This document shows, piece by piece, positions 13,331 through 26,318 of a DNA stretch of 64,000 bases. The translations under genes were made by a program, and so were the position numbers. A model generated the notes under the pieces. The model did no database searches and had not been told where the DNA came from. It was given only the letters and a program-made list of their open reading frames with translations. This stretch comes from Eledone cirrhosa. Taxonomy: Eukaryota. Each line of letters opens with the position of its first letter. Position 1 is the stretch's first letter. The stretch is taken from the NCBI GenBank assembly GCA_964016885.1, contig OZ024741.1, positions 78,740,001-78,804,000 of the forward strand, written 5' to 3'.

Positions 13331-13877
13331 AAGAAGAATGCTTATAAACCGAGGAATTTCCACGTGTTTCGCTAGTTTATTGTAAACAGATTAGTTTAGT
13401 TCAGCGCTTAACTATGAAAGGTACAATGTACTAAACTGAAAATTAACTGTGAAATAGTACATCAAGGGAAGAAACATATTTGTGTTTATAATAAACCATT
13501 CAATACATCTATTTCCAGCGCATCTCCCTTACCATCCTCCGAGGAAACGCCTTCTCCATTCTGTCCGCCGGGGCTGTGGGAAGGCCAGCACGTGGGACCC
13601 CATTTGTTCCACCCACGGAGAGATGGGAAGGGCGAGAGAGATGGAGACGATGACAGTGGGAGTTAGGCTCTGCCACGTTCAGACCATATCCCTGTGGTTG
13701 TGTTTAATGTAATTCTACATTCAAGTACAGTTTAAATCGATTTCTCACAAGTCATACTTGTGACCTCATAGTTTTGTTATTATTTTACATATTTAAAGAG
13801 GCACACGCACACACATATACACACATCTATCTAATGGCCAAATTAGGCATGGATAAGTACGAAGTAAGTAATCACTA

Positions 13878-14085
13878 GGCGTAGAATTGGCAAAATTGGT
13901 AAAGCGTCAGATAAAATGCCATTGTAGTTTTTGTTCTGGCTCTTATTCTGAATTCAAATCCAGCCCAGGTCAACTTTGCCTTCTGTCAAGAGGTTGGTAA
14001 AATCAAGTACCAGTGAAGCACAGGGATTTATTTAATTAACCTTGCCCTTTCTCCAAATTTGCTGGCCTTGTGCCTAAATTAGAAA
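13878..14085 (+). mobile_element. tRNA-derived SINE
   Basis: A-box-like gaattggcaaaattgg, B-box-like attcaaatcc, core gtcaactttgcc..aagtaccagt, tail ggccttgtgcctaaattagaaa. Confidence 0.8.
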
Positions 14086-15035
14086 TCAATATTCATTGGG
14101 CACAAAATCCTTGTTGACTTTAAACTATATATATTCCTTATGTTGTATATTTTCACTTTTGGTGTATGGTCTTAACTACAACAAGTTTTTCATTTTCTTT
14201 TCTTTCAGATCCAGGAATCGAACCAACGATCCTATAGTCGTCAGTCCATGGTCCTTCCCACAGTTACGTTAACCAACAAATGTTCTTTTCTTGCGGTTGA
14301 CATTTTACGCTAATAGCAAGTTGGTTAAACTCTATTTTAGTGTCTGTCTGAACAATCAACCCATACAACAGCTGTTCAATTTGAACAACAGCTGGAGTTT
14401 CATATTATCACCAATCAACAAATAAAGTTCTTGGCATATTTTACTGAATATGCATTAGTCCAATCTATCTTATGTCACATATTCTATGACCACAAGCACT
14501 AACACTTCCACCAACAGCACGCAACCCCATTCTCATCGTCGACGTCGTTGTTGTCGTTGTCGTCATCATTATCCTCATCCCCGAGTGCATTTTGTTAGTT
14601 TCTCCATTTCTTTCAGAAATATATTTTGTTAGCAACTGAGAAGTTTCGTCATTCATATATGGACGAATTGCCTTAATATCTCTGTTTGGGGGGATTCGGT
14701 ATATCCCAGAGTCCGCTTACGTTTTCATTCTCTGAAACATTGTCTATTGTGTATTTTGTACGGCCTTTTTTCACTGACGTAGATAGCCAAGTCGGCCCCT
14801 TGGTAATATAAATAAAGAATTATAAATATCAGTGAATGCAGAAGAGTGCTTTCTTTGATATGTGTATAAGACACACACACAATTACATCTACAACTTATA
14901 ATATAGAATTGTGTTTTCTGTAGTTCGGTATCTTTAAAAATAATGACAGGGCCCTGGCAAAAACCGATAACTGGCATCCTTCTAATCAGCGGTGATCTTT
15001 TCTATTGGCATTCTATTAGAATACATAAAAGTAAC

Positions 15036-15159
<124 letters not shown>

Positions 15160-15628
15160 CATTTTGGTTAAGTTTGGACATCTGTTGTTGACTTCCCTGA
15201 TGAGAAACACCTTTTATTTTGTTTTGTTCGTGTTTTGAATGTCAACATTCTTTTCTGACGCTATATTTAATAACAATGCCTGGCTATTTGTTTTGAATTC
15301 TTTTTTGCGCAAGTATATCACAGTATTGCGAATTGTCCGTTTTGAATGACAATGTTGATAATTGTTTTTATCACTTGTATACCGCCTTTATTGTGAGCAG
15401 TATGAGGTGGAAGATAGAGAAGACCATATACTTGTGATTTGGTAGAACAGGAATGTAGTAACGTTATAAGGCAGAAGAAAGAGATGGCCATTTACGGTAT
15501 GCTACTGACATACAAAAACGCATTCAAATACACGTATATGAAATACTGAGAACTGCACCTGGTGGCGGTGGTGGTTGTGGTAAGGTGGGAGTAAACGAAG
15601 GCTGTACTTTATGTTTTCAAACTAATAT

Positions 15629-16098
15629 TTCTTCTTCTTCTTCTTCTTCTTCTTCTTCTTCTTCTTCTTCTTCTTCTTCTTCTTGAGAGGGTCGTGGGGG
15701 AAAAATCCTCAAACACACCTTCCAGCGGGTCCTGTCCAACTGATCCAGCTGGATCACCAAGAGAGACCAGCTGGATCACCAACCATCTTGATCGGGGTCT
15801 TCCCCTGAGTCTCCTACCAGTTGGTTTTGCCCGTAAAAATCTGTCCAACGATTCTTCCCTGAGACATTCTAACCAAACGTCTAAAGTATCGGAGCTGTGA
15901 TCTCTCAATTCAGAGAAGTAGCGACTCTACTTGGAGTGACTCTCTGATCTCCGAGCTATGCACTCTATCGAGTAACATTATCCAAAGACCCTCCGCAGGA
16001 ACTCGATTGCGGTCGCTTGTATTCGCGATCGTATTCTTTTACCCAAGATTTATGACCATAGATAAGGGTTGACACGGACACTGAATTGAAAATAGCAG
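15629..16098 (-). mobile_element. RTE LINE 3' end with (GAA)n tail
   Basis: Reverse-complement homolog of ~465-926; translation RAKPTGRRLRGRPRSRW. Confidence 0.85.
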
Positions 16099-16119
16099 CA
16101 GCGGCACCATTAATAGCAA

Positions 16120-17930
16120 CAGTCACGACGCATGTATAATGCCCTATATAGAATTTCTAAAGCTACCACTGGCGGGGCTCTGATCAATTTGAATCAATCG
16201 AAAGCTTTCAATAGGGTCGATCATCGATACCTAGAAGCTGTCCTCAAGGCAGCTGGCTTCGACCCCTCTTCAGTGGCAGGGTCGCTGCAATGCACAGTGG
16301 AATCTGCTCGGTGGTAAAAAAAAATGACCACCTTTCGTAACCGATTCAGATCACCAGCTCTGTTCGACAAGGGTGCTCTCTCTCCTCCCTTCTCTATATA
16401 TTGACTCACGAGCCATTACTACGGAAGCTGGAGCTGTTTCGGGGTATCCTGCTCGAATCGGAACGTGGAAGAGCTGCGTCGGCATATGCGGACGACGTCA
16501 CTGTGATGGTGTCGAACATCTCGGAAATCGTGATGGTCGGCAATTACTTAGAAGAATATGAAAAGTTGTCAGGAACAAGATCAATCCGGACAAGTCAGCT
16601 GATTTCAGCTCGGTACCTGGAGAAGTAAATCCATGGCGCCCAACAGCGCCGTAAAGTGCTTGGACGGTCGAACCGGTGAAGTTACTCAGTCTGGTTTGGT
16701 CCAGACCTCCAGGTGGATAAGAACTGGAACGAAGTGACGAGCAGGGTGGCTACTCTCACTCAGAAATGGACTGAGTGGAAGCTATCCCTGGAAGGTCGGG
16801 TGGGGTAGTGAAGGCGTACATCGCATCCATCATCTATTAACCGCTTCACTATCGTACCTTGTCCCCATTCACGCCTCACCAAATTGGAGCGCCTACTCAT
16901 CAACGTTTTGTGGAAGGGACAAGTCCCACTGGTGAGACGGTCCAACTGCTGCAAACACCCTTTACTCGGAGGACTGGACATGCCGAGGTTGATGATGCGC
17001 AAGCCCGCACTGAGGCCACGTCATCTCCACATTATCTTTAACAGTGAGCTGGTATGGTCACCCTTTTTCAGGCGCGTTTTTCCGCAGCTCATCTCTTTGA
17101 CTGAGCTGTAGTCATGGGTTAAGCGTAGGCCGAGACTGGGTGCCTGGCATCTAGTATGTTGCCAGACGCTTACAGCCCTCTACCAATAGGGCAATACGGT
17201 CAGTGAAAATTCCACTCTGGCGTTCTATAGAGGACTAGTGTTGGGTAAGTGCGACGACGCTCCTTGAAAGATTTTAGCCGTCGACAAATCGACGAAAACG
17301 AACTAGCCAGTCTATTCCGGAGGGCTTTCGAGCCGGGGACCATGAACAATTTCCCGAAATTACTCGCTTGGCTGTGCTACCAGGGACCACGCACTCGTAC
17401 AGTGCTCGTGTATTGCTATTATCGCATGTAGGAGGGATCCGGCTATCAACCGAGTTCATCGTGAAGATTGCTCTGCTAACTTCTTATGGCCTGGAAAAGC
17501 AGGCAGCTTTTCTCTGTTTGGTGGCTTTAGCGAAAGAGGTTGTGTGGTGGACGCGGCTGAGAGGACTGAGGACAGACACTTTCCTCTTCAGCCAAGCCCT
17601 CATTAACTTTTGCCCCCACACAGTACATTTGTGAAAAGGTAGGTGATTATTGCGAGGATAATCCGGTGAATGGGCCAACTCTGACCAAGCGCCTGTAAGC
17701 TGGAAAGATTAAAGGAGAGATGGACACTTTCCTAGGGTGCTCTTGGAAATGAGGGTGGGTACCTAATGTCACCCCCGAGTGATATTCCCCCTATTGGGGA
17801 ATTCTGTTGTTTCTATTGTATTGTTAACTGTATTTTGTTCGTTTTTACACGGATCTATGTAAACCCCTACTGTCACCGTTTTGTATTGTCATCTATGTCC
17901 GGTCCTTGTGGCCTATAATAAAAAAAATAA
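16120..17930 (+). mobile_element. Tx1/L1-clade LINE, 5'-truncated (RT to 3' end with A-rich tail), decayed
   Basis: LINLNQSKAFNRVDHRYL, VRQGCSLSP, SAYADDVTV, LWKG..PLLGGLDMP; ends cctataataaaaaaaataa. Confidence 0.9.
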
Positions 17931-17989
17931 TAATTATTATTGTTTCTTCACTCAACATCTAAATTTCGAGATGTATTACAGTGTTAGCT

Positions 17990-18310
17990 GTTCACTACCA
18001 GTGAACTGAGGTAACACCACTTATTTTTCGAGTACCACCCGGAGTATAAGAGGTGTTCCAAACAATGCTGTTATCTCTCATCGCATTGTTAGTGAGAGGT
18101 TTGTTTGTACATTTATATTCTTCACTACCACAACCCTTCTTTTCCTCTGGCGAAATTTCGTATCTTTCCAGGTGTTCATACAGTCTGTTAATTAGCACAG
18201 ATAACAATGTTTTGTACGTTATTCATATGCAGGTGTTGGTTCTTTGCATCTTGGAATAGTAAAAGGAGAACTGACCAACATTTTACTAATTAGCTTGGAA
18301 CCATTTGTAG
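17990..18310 (-). mobile_element. R4/Dong-like RT fragment
   Basis: LSVLINRLYEHLERYEISPEEKKGC resembles the R4/Dong motif IYxHLxxxxILPEEQKGC. Confidence 0.65.
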
Positions 18311-19255
18311 TTCTCTCAGCAGAACGTAAGAGTTTTGTGTATACAGGGGCGATGGAAGCATTTCGGAATTGGGGGGGGGGGGGGGGGTCAATTTAGTTGT
18401 AGTGATTAGTTTAGCTCTTTGCACTCTAAAATGGTCAGAAAACGTCAATATGTGATAAACATAACATGTACATAAATTGTAGAGCATATCCAAATAGATG
18501 TGTTTGGGTAGTTGGGGGAGAAAACTTTTGTTGAGTCCTCTTTGCAAGTTATACTGACTTCTAGTTTTACAGTTGATTCTACCACCTCTCTATTTACCCT
18601 ATTTAACCTTCTACAGAATGTACTGAGGTTTCTTTCAAATATTTTTGAATTTGTTCTGTATTTGAAATAGTTCTGTATTTGAAATAGTTCTGTATTTGAA
18701 ATAGTTCTATATTTGTTCTGTATTTGAAATAGTTCTGTATTTGGTGAAAATCTTTTTAGTTGGTCTAGTTTCTCTCTCCCTCTCTCTCTTCTTTCCCCTC
18801 TCTCTTTCTCCCCCTCTCTCTCTCTCTTTCTCCGCTCCCTCTATTTAATCCTTTGGTGTTATATTAGTTTCTGTATTTCAAATTATTTGTTTTTACTATT
18901 AGATTAAGTATGGATTTCTATTTTCTTTTTCACAGATCTTTCTTTGTTATCGTGCGTCACTTTAGTTTATGAGAAAGTTTTCATTTGCTCTTTAAATAAT
19001 GGTCCCTCTTTTTTTCTATTACGATACCAATGGAGTAAATAAGCCCTTTTACTGTTTCTTGGCAACTGTCACTCGAAAATCTCTTTAAAAATCTTATCAA
19101 GTGCTTGGCCTTAAGTGACAGGGGGTTCATGGAAGTCTTCTCTCTGTTTAAGTTTAGTCTGGTTTAGCATAGAATTTTTCTGTTCTATATAGTGTTGCTT
19201 GAATTGTTAGGAAACATTCCTTGATATTGTCTGGTATTTTTCTGTTTATATAATT

Positions 19256-19600
19256 GTTTCTACGTTTGGCACAAGGCCAGCAATTACCCAGTGCATTACT
19301 GGTACTTTATTTTATCGACCCCGTAAGGATGAAAGGCAAAGTTAACCTCGGCGGGATTTGAACTCAGAATATTATATAAACTCTGTTTATATAATGGCGG
19401 TGGATTGGTAGTATCGGTAGAGCGTCGGTCAAACGGCTTTGTATAATATAATTACGGTCCTTTACGTTCTGAGTTTAAATCAGCCGGGGTCAACTTTTCC
19501 TTTCATCCTTCTGGGGCCAATAAAATAAAGCACCATTCAAGTACATGGGGTCAATTTAATCACCCCCCCCCCCCGCCCTTTCCAATCAAATTGTGCTTGA
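19256..19600. mobile_element. Two tRNA-derived SINE copies (19256-19370 minus, 19395-19600 plus)
   Basis: Family core cctttcatcctt..ataaaataaagcacca and tail ggcacaaggccagcaatt. Confidence 0.75.
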
Positions 19601-20184
19601 AATATAAAAGAGATTTTGATTTTGTCTATATCATCAGTCTGTGAGTTGTTTTAAGGTCTTTTGATAACTATCCCTTGGACTTGGTCTGTGGGGATCGTTG
19701 AGCAATTCATATTGCTTGGTCTTATTTCAATTGATGTTATTTGAAAAGATTTCGATGCTGGTTGATGTCTGGTGCGTGTGGACTCAAGTTTTTTGTTTAT
19801 TTTGTATGTGAACCCAGAAGCATTTTAGTCTGCTGTCGTGGATCGACGTGGTCGTGAAGATCGTTGTTGTTGTTGCTATTTAGCTCCAATTGCATCCCCG
19901 AATGAACAGCGTTAAGATCAAAGGCATTCTAGTCATGACTATTCTGACTTTCGCCCGGCCTTTCAGTTTCGCAATAATCGCGTCGTACCTAAATCGATCC
20001 TACTGCGTAATACGTCCGCTCACTTGCTGTTTTCTTGCGTCTTTGAGTCTACCCTAGCTTTGTGACTAAAACTCGGCAGAGTGCGAAAACCCATCAGGTG
20101 GATTCTATCTGTTCATGAGAAGTAGACGTAATCGAACGCCAACAACAACTGTGTCTTCTAGATGTTCATTATTTTCATAAGACT

Positions 20185-20371
20185 GGTGGTGGTTTGGCAG
20201 TATCGGTAGAGCGTCAGACACTATGCTTTGCAGCATAGAGTTATAGCCCTTTACGTTCTGAGTTCAAATCCCACCGAAGTTAACTTTGCCTTTCATCCTT
20301 ACGGGATCGATAAAATAAAGCACCAGTAATACACTGGGGGTAATTGCTGGCCTTGTGCCAAAAGTAGAAAC
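20185..20371 (+). mobile_element. tRNA-derived SINE, near full length
   Basis: tggcagtatcggtag A box, gagttcaaatccc B box, core and ggccttgtgccaaaagtagaaac tail. Confidence 0.85.
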
Positions 20372-20446
20372 AATTATTTAATGAGTATTTTCCTTATTTA
20401 TGACATACAGTGTGATTTGAATAGGATTCAGCTGCTGCATCTAACT

Positions 20447-20639
20447 CAGACCTGCCAAACTCTAAAAACCCAAATGGGGAGTACCATGAGAAGAGTGCCC
20501 AAAACGGGGAGAAATGGGGCAAAATTGGGAGATTTTACTTAATGAAAGCTATATCCATTTTCACACGAGAAGATATCCCTCACCCACCCCAAAGTAGGTG
20601 GGAGATCTCCCCGTCGGACGGGGAGAGTTGACAGGTCTG
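20447..20639. mobile_element. MITE with terminal inverted repeats
   Basis: cagacctgccaaactct ... agagttgacaggtctg; TSD not clean. Confidence 0.6.
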
Positions 20640-21048
20640 CCTAACCAGACACACGAGATACTCCCACGTTGTTGTATTTCCTTCGTATTCTCTTGCACCA
20701 GAAATTTCGTTACATTGCATTCAAACTACACTTAGTATCTACGGCTTGAAATCGGATAAATATGATTGCTTTTACTGGTATTTTGGTTTTCCTTCATTTC
20801 TATTTTGTAGCCTCTCATTGCGTTTTCGTTTTTTCTTCTTCTCCAGACGAGAAAGGGAAAAAATAATTGGTGTCTTTACATAAACAATATTCTATATAAT
20901 ATTTTTGTTGCATATTTTTAAACATAATTATATTTATTCATTAATGTCAATGGCTTTGCCTTCTGTTTTCATAAAATAGTCCATGAATGTTTTTGTTCTT
21001 TATTCGACAATATGCCTCCTCCTCCTCATCATCATCATCATCATCACC

Positions 21049-21080
<32 letters not shown>

Positions 21081-21793
21081 TAACCTCCTCATCCTCATCA
21101 TCATCATCATCCTCATCATCATCATAATCCTCTTCCTCCCCATCCTCCTCCCATCCTCCCCATCTTTCTCCTCCTCATATTTTCCCTGCTCCTCCCCATA
21201 CTCCTCATCAGCATCATCATCATCCTCTTCCTCCTTCTCATCCTCCTCCCTTTTCTTCTTAACAAAATATATCGAATAAATCAACTCGACGGGATGCTCA
21301 AGTCTGGAACACATTTTATCATGTGTTCTCAATAAGATTTGACCTGGGGTTAAACAACAGTAACAAGAGCATCGACAGTTTGGCAGGCTTAAACCGCCGC
21401 TCGATCTAACACCAGCATTATCACCCCCTCCTGGCTCTTGGGTGCTCTTAGCTCGAATGTGTTCCGGCTCTTTAAATTCTGAGTTCAAATCCCACCGTGA
21501 TCAACTTTGCTTTTCACCCTTTCGAGGTTGATAATACAAATCACCGGGAAAATACAGGGGTTGACTTAATCGACTTTCCCCACCCTACAAATTGCTGGGT
21601 TTGTGCCAGTATTAGAAATCATTATACATTCTCATCATTCTACATTCTGAGTTCAAATTTGCTTCCCGCTTGGTCCGCTTTGCTTTTCTTCCTTCCGGGT
21701 TCGATTAAAGTCAAGAACTACTCTTGATGAATTTACTGCGAGCTTCTACATGGACACTTGGCTTGCTAGAAATAGAACACTAATATCCCTCAA

Positions 21794-22110
21794 AGGCGGC
21801 GAATTGGTAGAGTCGCTATGATGTCGGATAGAATGCTTTACGGTATTTGTCCCTCCTCATTGTGTGCTCTGAGGTCAAATCCCGCCGTGGTCAACATTGC
21901 CTTTCATCCTTTCGAGGTCGATAAAAAAAACTACCTGTCCAGTACTAGGGTCGACTCTTCTTCGATAGAAAAATCAGCTGTGTTCAGACCTGGAGAGGGT
22001 TGGGCTCCACCAGATAAAAAAAAACAATGCCCTAGACACACCGTATGACGGTGCCTCTACGACTCCACAAGGAATCATGGATCTTTATCCTTTATCCTAT
22101 CCCTCACTCT
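21794..22110 (+). mobile_element. SINE 5' part joined to an alternative structured 3' segment; the same arrangement occurs at 59991-60320
   Basis: ggcggcgaattggtag head and core, then cctggagaggg..ctcc.ccag..aatgccc..ccgtatg..acgg block shared by both loci. Confidence 0.6.
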
Positions 22111-22601
22111 ACTGCTTGCAGTTAGGAAATACAGATTTAGATAATGTGGTCAAGGCTGTACATTGCTTAGAAACAAAAAACAACAAAAAAGAGGAAGCGA
22201 AGTGGTGGAACGTTTCTCATAAAAGGTCAGTTGAAACAACAACGTAATTTGTGGCCTTGTGCCAATATTTAGAAATTTTCATAGTCATCATCATCATTAC
22301 TAGTATCTTGAGTACCGTCGCCCCTCCCCTTCACCTCCCCCTCACCCCCACCCTCCACTTCCTCTTCTTTTTCATCAAGCACCCTCCTCCTGCCCCCTCC
22401 CCCTCCTCCTTATCATCATCATTTCCATCATCACCGTTGTTGTTGTGTTCCATTAGATTGTTTTCATAATTTCGGAGTTTTGGGCTCTTTTCCAAAATAA
22501 ACTAATTTATGAACACATTTATGCTGACCTTATATACACGTGCATGTAGCTGTATGTGTATGTGAGTTAGTTTGAGCTTGTGTGTGTTTTATGTATATGT
22601 G

Positions 22602-22685
<84 letters not shown>

Positions 22686-23139
22686 TGTGCGCGCGCGTGT
22701 GCGTGTGTGTGTGCGCATGTATGTGTATGTGTGCGCGAGAACGTGTTAGAGTATAAGAGAAACTTAGTAAGCTCTCCAAAGATGTGAATACATTCTAAAA
22801 CCATCATTATTCCTTCCACTCCCCTACCTTTCAGTTATTTTATTTAATGAATGTTCTGATAGGAGATGTAATTTCACTAATTCAATTGTTGTTGCTTCAG
22901 CTTTGTATTCCTATTACCATCCTCCAGAACTTTCAAATCTATGGGGACAGCCTCTACCTTATTGATCCCTCTATTTGTAGATCATTATCTTCAAACATAG
23001 TCTCACAATTTCAGATTAATGTGTGTATGCATTGCATGACATAAAACAATAAAATGCTTTATGTTCTTATATAGTCTCTAATGACATTGTCTGACAGGTC
23101 AGTCAATAGCAATATTTCAAAATCTGTAGCTTCAATAGC

Positions 23140-23535
23140 AGGCGGTAAAGTGGAAGAGTTGTTAAAATGTAGGATAGAAAGCTCTGCGTGCATTTATTAT
23201 GAGTTCAAATTACACAGAAGTCTACTATTCATTTCATCCTTAAATCTGTCTTAAGCCAGAAGGTTCGTCAGGCCGGTGCTTACCCAAGTTTCATGGCGTA
23301 AAGTGACTGAGAGTCAAAGACCCCCCCCCCATGTACAGGACACCAGTCCATCACAAGGTTAAAACCCCAGCTATTGCTGGTTCTCATTTTCAGCTGAGTA
23401 TACTGGAGCAAAGTGAAATGAAGTGTTTTGGTCAAGAACACAACATGCAACCCATCCCAGGAATCGAACCCACGACATTATGATCGTAAATCCAACACCC
23501 TTACCACTAGGGGTCGATAAAATAAAATATCAGTT
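23140..23535. mobile_element. Nested SINEs: plus-strand SINE interrupted by a minus-strand SINE of a second family (~23241-23510)
   Basis: Host core split at tttcatcctt / ggggtcgataaaataaa; insert has ggaatcgaaccc (reverse B box) and cagctgagtatactggagc core. Confidence 0.7.
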
Positions 23536-24029
23536 CAGAGTGGTGTACTGGCAGAAATGTCTGAGCGTCAGACGAAATGTCTTGTGATATTTGTTTCAGC
23601 TCTTTGTAATCTGAAATTAAATACCTCTGTGGCCTGCTCAAGTAATAGACTTAAACAATCGCTCGTTTTCACATCATCAATAAATGGTCCTTAGATGCAT
23701 TTAAGCATTCAGGATAAGTCTCCAGTTTCAGAATAGTTTCTTCCTTTCCAACCACCAATCTCAGAAGCCCTGAATAGGGTCGTGACCAAACGGTGAAATG
23801 TGTTCAATTCTCATAATACAGTCGATACATCTCTCACTCTCTCTCCCTTCTCTCTGCAGTAATCATCATGACATCATCATCATCATCATCATAATGATCA
23901 TGATGATCGCGATCATCATCCTTGTTATCGCTGTCCAACTCATCACCATCATCATCATTACCATAATTCATCGTTATCGCCATTACTATCACCATCACTC
24001 ATCGCCATCATCATCATCCTCATCCTCGC

Positions 24030-24072
<43 letters not shown>

Positions 24073-24086
24073 GTCGTCATCGTCAT

Positions 24087-24117
<31 letters not shown>

Positions 24118-24526
24118 AGCAGCAACATCAGTAGCAGCAGCACCTCCTTCATCCTCTTCTTTGTTATTGCTGCAGTCATCGCCCATCATTCTAAATATCA
24201 TCACTTTCATCGCCATTATTATCATCGTCACCACCACTATCATCATTGTACGTTGACGGAGGCAATACATTCAAATTTGGTACTGGCAGGCGGCCATGTA
24301 TGATGGAAGGCCGGCTGGCTGACTAGCTGGCTGGTCTACATCATGGAAATTTCCATCACGCGCTCGCTGTCTGATAGTTTATGTGTATTACTAATGGCTT
24401 TTCAACACAAACAGCTAAGCAGATGACTCGGCTAAAAGCAAGTCACGTGCTTTTTATACTCCTAGTTGCCTTAATTGAAACAGTACACCATTGGTTAAGT
24501 AAATAAGCTTATAACAAGTATGTATG

Positions 24527-24572
<46 letters not shown>

Positions 24573-24680
24573 CCTATAAACATACATATATATGTATATA
24601 TATATATATACATATATATACACGCACACACACACACACACATATATATATACACAAATACCTATAAACATACATATATA

Positions 24681-24756
<76 letters not shown>

Positions 24757-25315
24757 CGTCTATGGATACATACAATTACGTATTACATATGTACATTATA
24801 CAAGAAGTATTACATACATTACTCACAAAGAAACAGGCGTATGTATATATGTTTAAATATACATGTGTAAAACGTCTTGCATAGAAAATAAATTGGTGAA
24901 ATGGCATTAGAGTGAAAAGATAATGGTAATAACAACAACAGCAGCAGTAACAACCACAACAAAAGCTCCACCAATAATTGTGGTTGTAGTGATGGTAGTA
25001 GTAGTGTTTGTTGGAGGGGGGGCGGGTAGATGCTGCGGAAAACAATGTCTGTTATTGCAGGTGGGTGAGTGGTGGTGGTGGTGGTGGTGATGGAGGAGAT
25101 GATAGATAATGCTGATAAAGAGACCGGAAAAACGGACGGAAAAAGCTAGAATTGGTTGTGTAATGTTGTAATAATAATGTTTGTGTCTCCCTCGACAGTA
25201 CGACTGACTGTTTTAACGTGTGTGTGTATATGTGTGTGTGTGTAGTTATCTCTCTCTCTCTATATATATATATCTTTGTGCTTGTTACACAAGCGAAGTA
25301 GATTCGATATTATTG

Positions 25316-25325
25316 CCTTATATGG
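25316..25325. promoter_or_regulatory. CArG box (SRF-type) within a duplicated conserved block
   Basis: CCTTATATGG fits CC(A/T)6GG; lies in a 20-bp identity with 29086-29105. Confidence 0.45.
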
Positions 25326-25550
25326 TAATGAAATGTGTTCAAAGCTAGCGCTGCAGCACAATGACGCGTTATGTTACTCTCAGTGTTGATTAAAGATACT
25401 CACTGGCTGTCTACCATTTTAAAAAATTTCTTTTGTGCGGTTTTTGTTCTTTTTTCTATTTCTTCTTGTCTTGTGTGTGTTAGTTGTTGTTGCTTATTCT
25501 CCCCACCTTGATTCTGTCTTTCTTTTTTATTTATGTGTCTCTGCGTGTAT

Positions 25551-25664
<114 letters not shown>

Positions 25665-25666
25665 TT

Positions 25667-25826
<160 letters not shown>

Positions 25827-26213
25827 CGAGAGAGTATAAGAGTAAATTCATTAATGCTCTTGTAGTGAAATTGCTGACATGTCCAACGGGAGAAGAAAGG
25901 AGACGTGTAACATTGTCGTCTTTCCTCAGATACATGATGTGTCAGGATAATGTATTTCTTCAGGCACTGTTGTGTCAGAATAATTCGTGTTTGTGTTTAT
26001 AGGGAGGGGGTTGTTCAAATCACCCTATGACACTGTCCACTGTCCCCTTTTTAGGGGCGCCTCTCTTTCTATATTGTTATTGCTATTATTGTTATCAGTA
26101 TATTCAAGATTCTTTTTTTGTTCACCTCACCATTTTACTGCATGTAATGTAATCCCTACTGACTATTTCTTGTTGTTATGTTGTTCTATATATAGTTATT
26201 GTTATGTATTGTT

Positions 26214-26318
<105 letters not shown>

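Noticed and set aside
20185-20280. tRNA gene
   Set aside because: The A/B boxes belong to SINE heads; no cloverleaf
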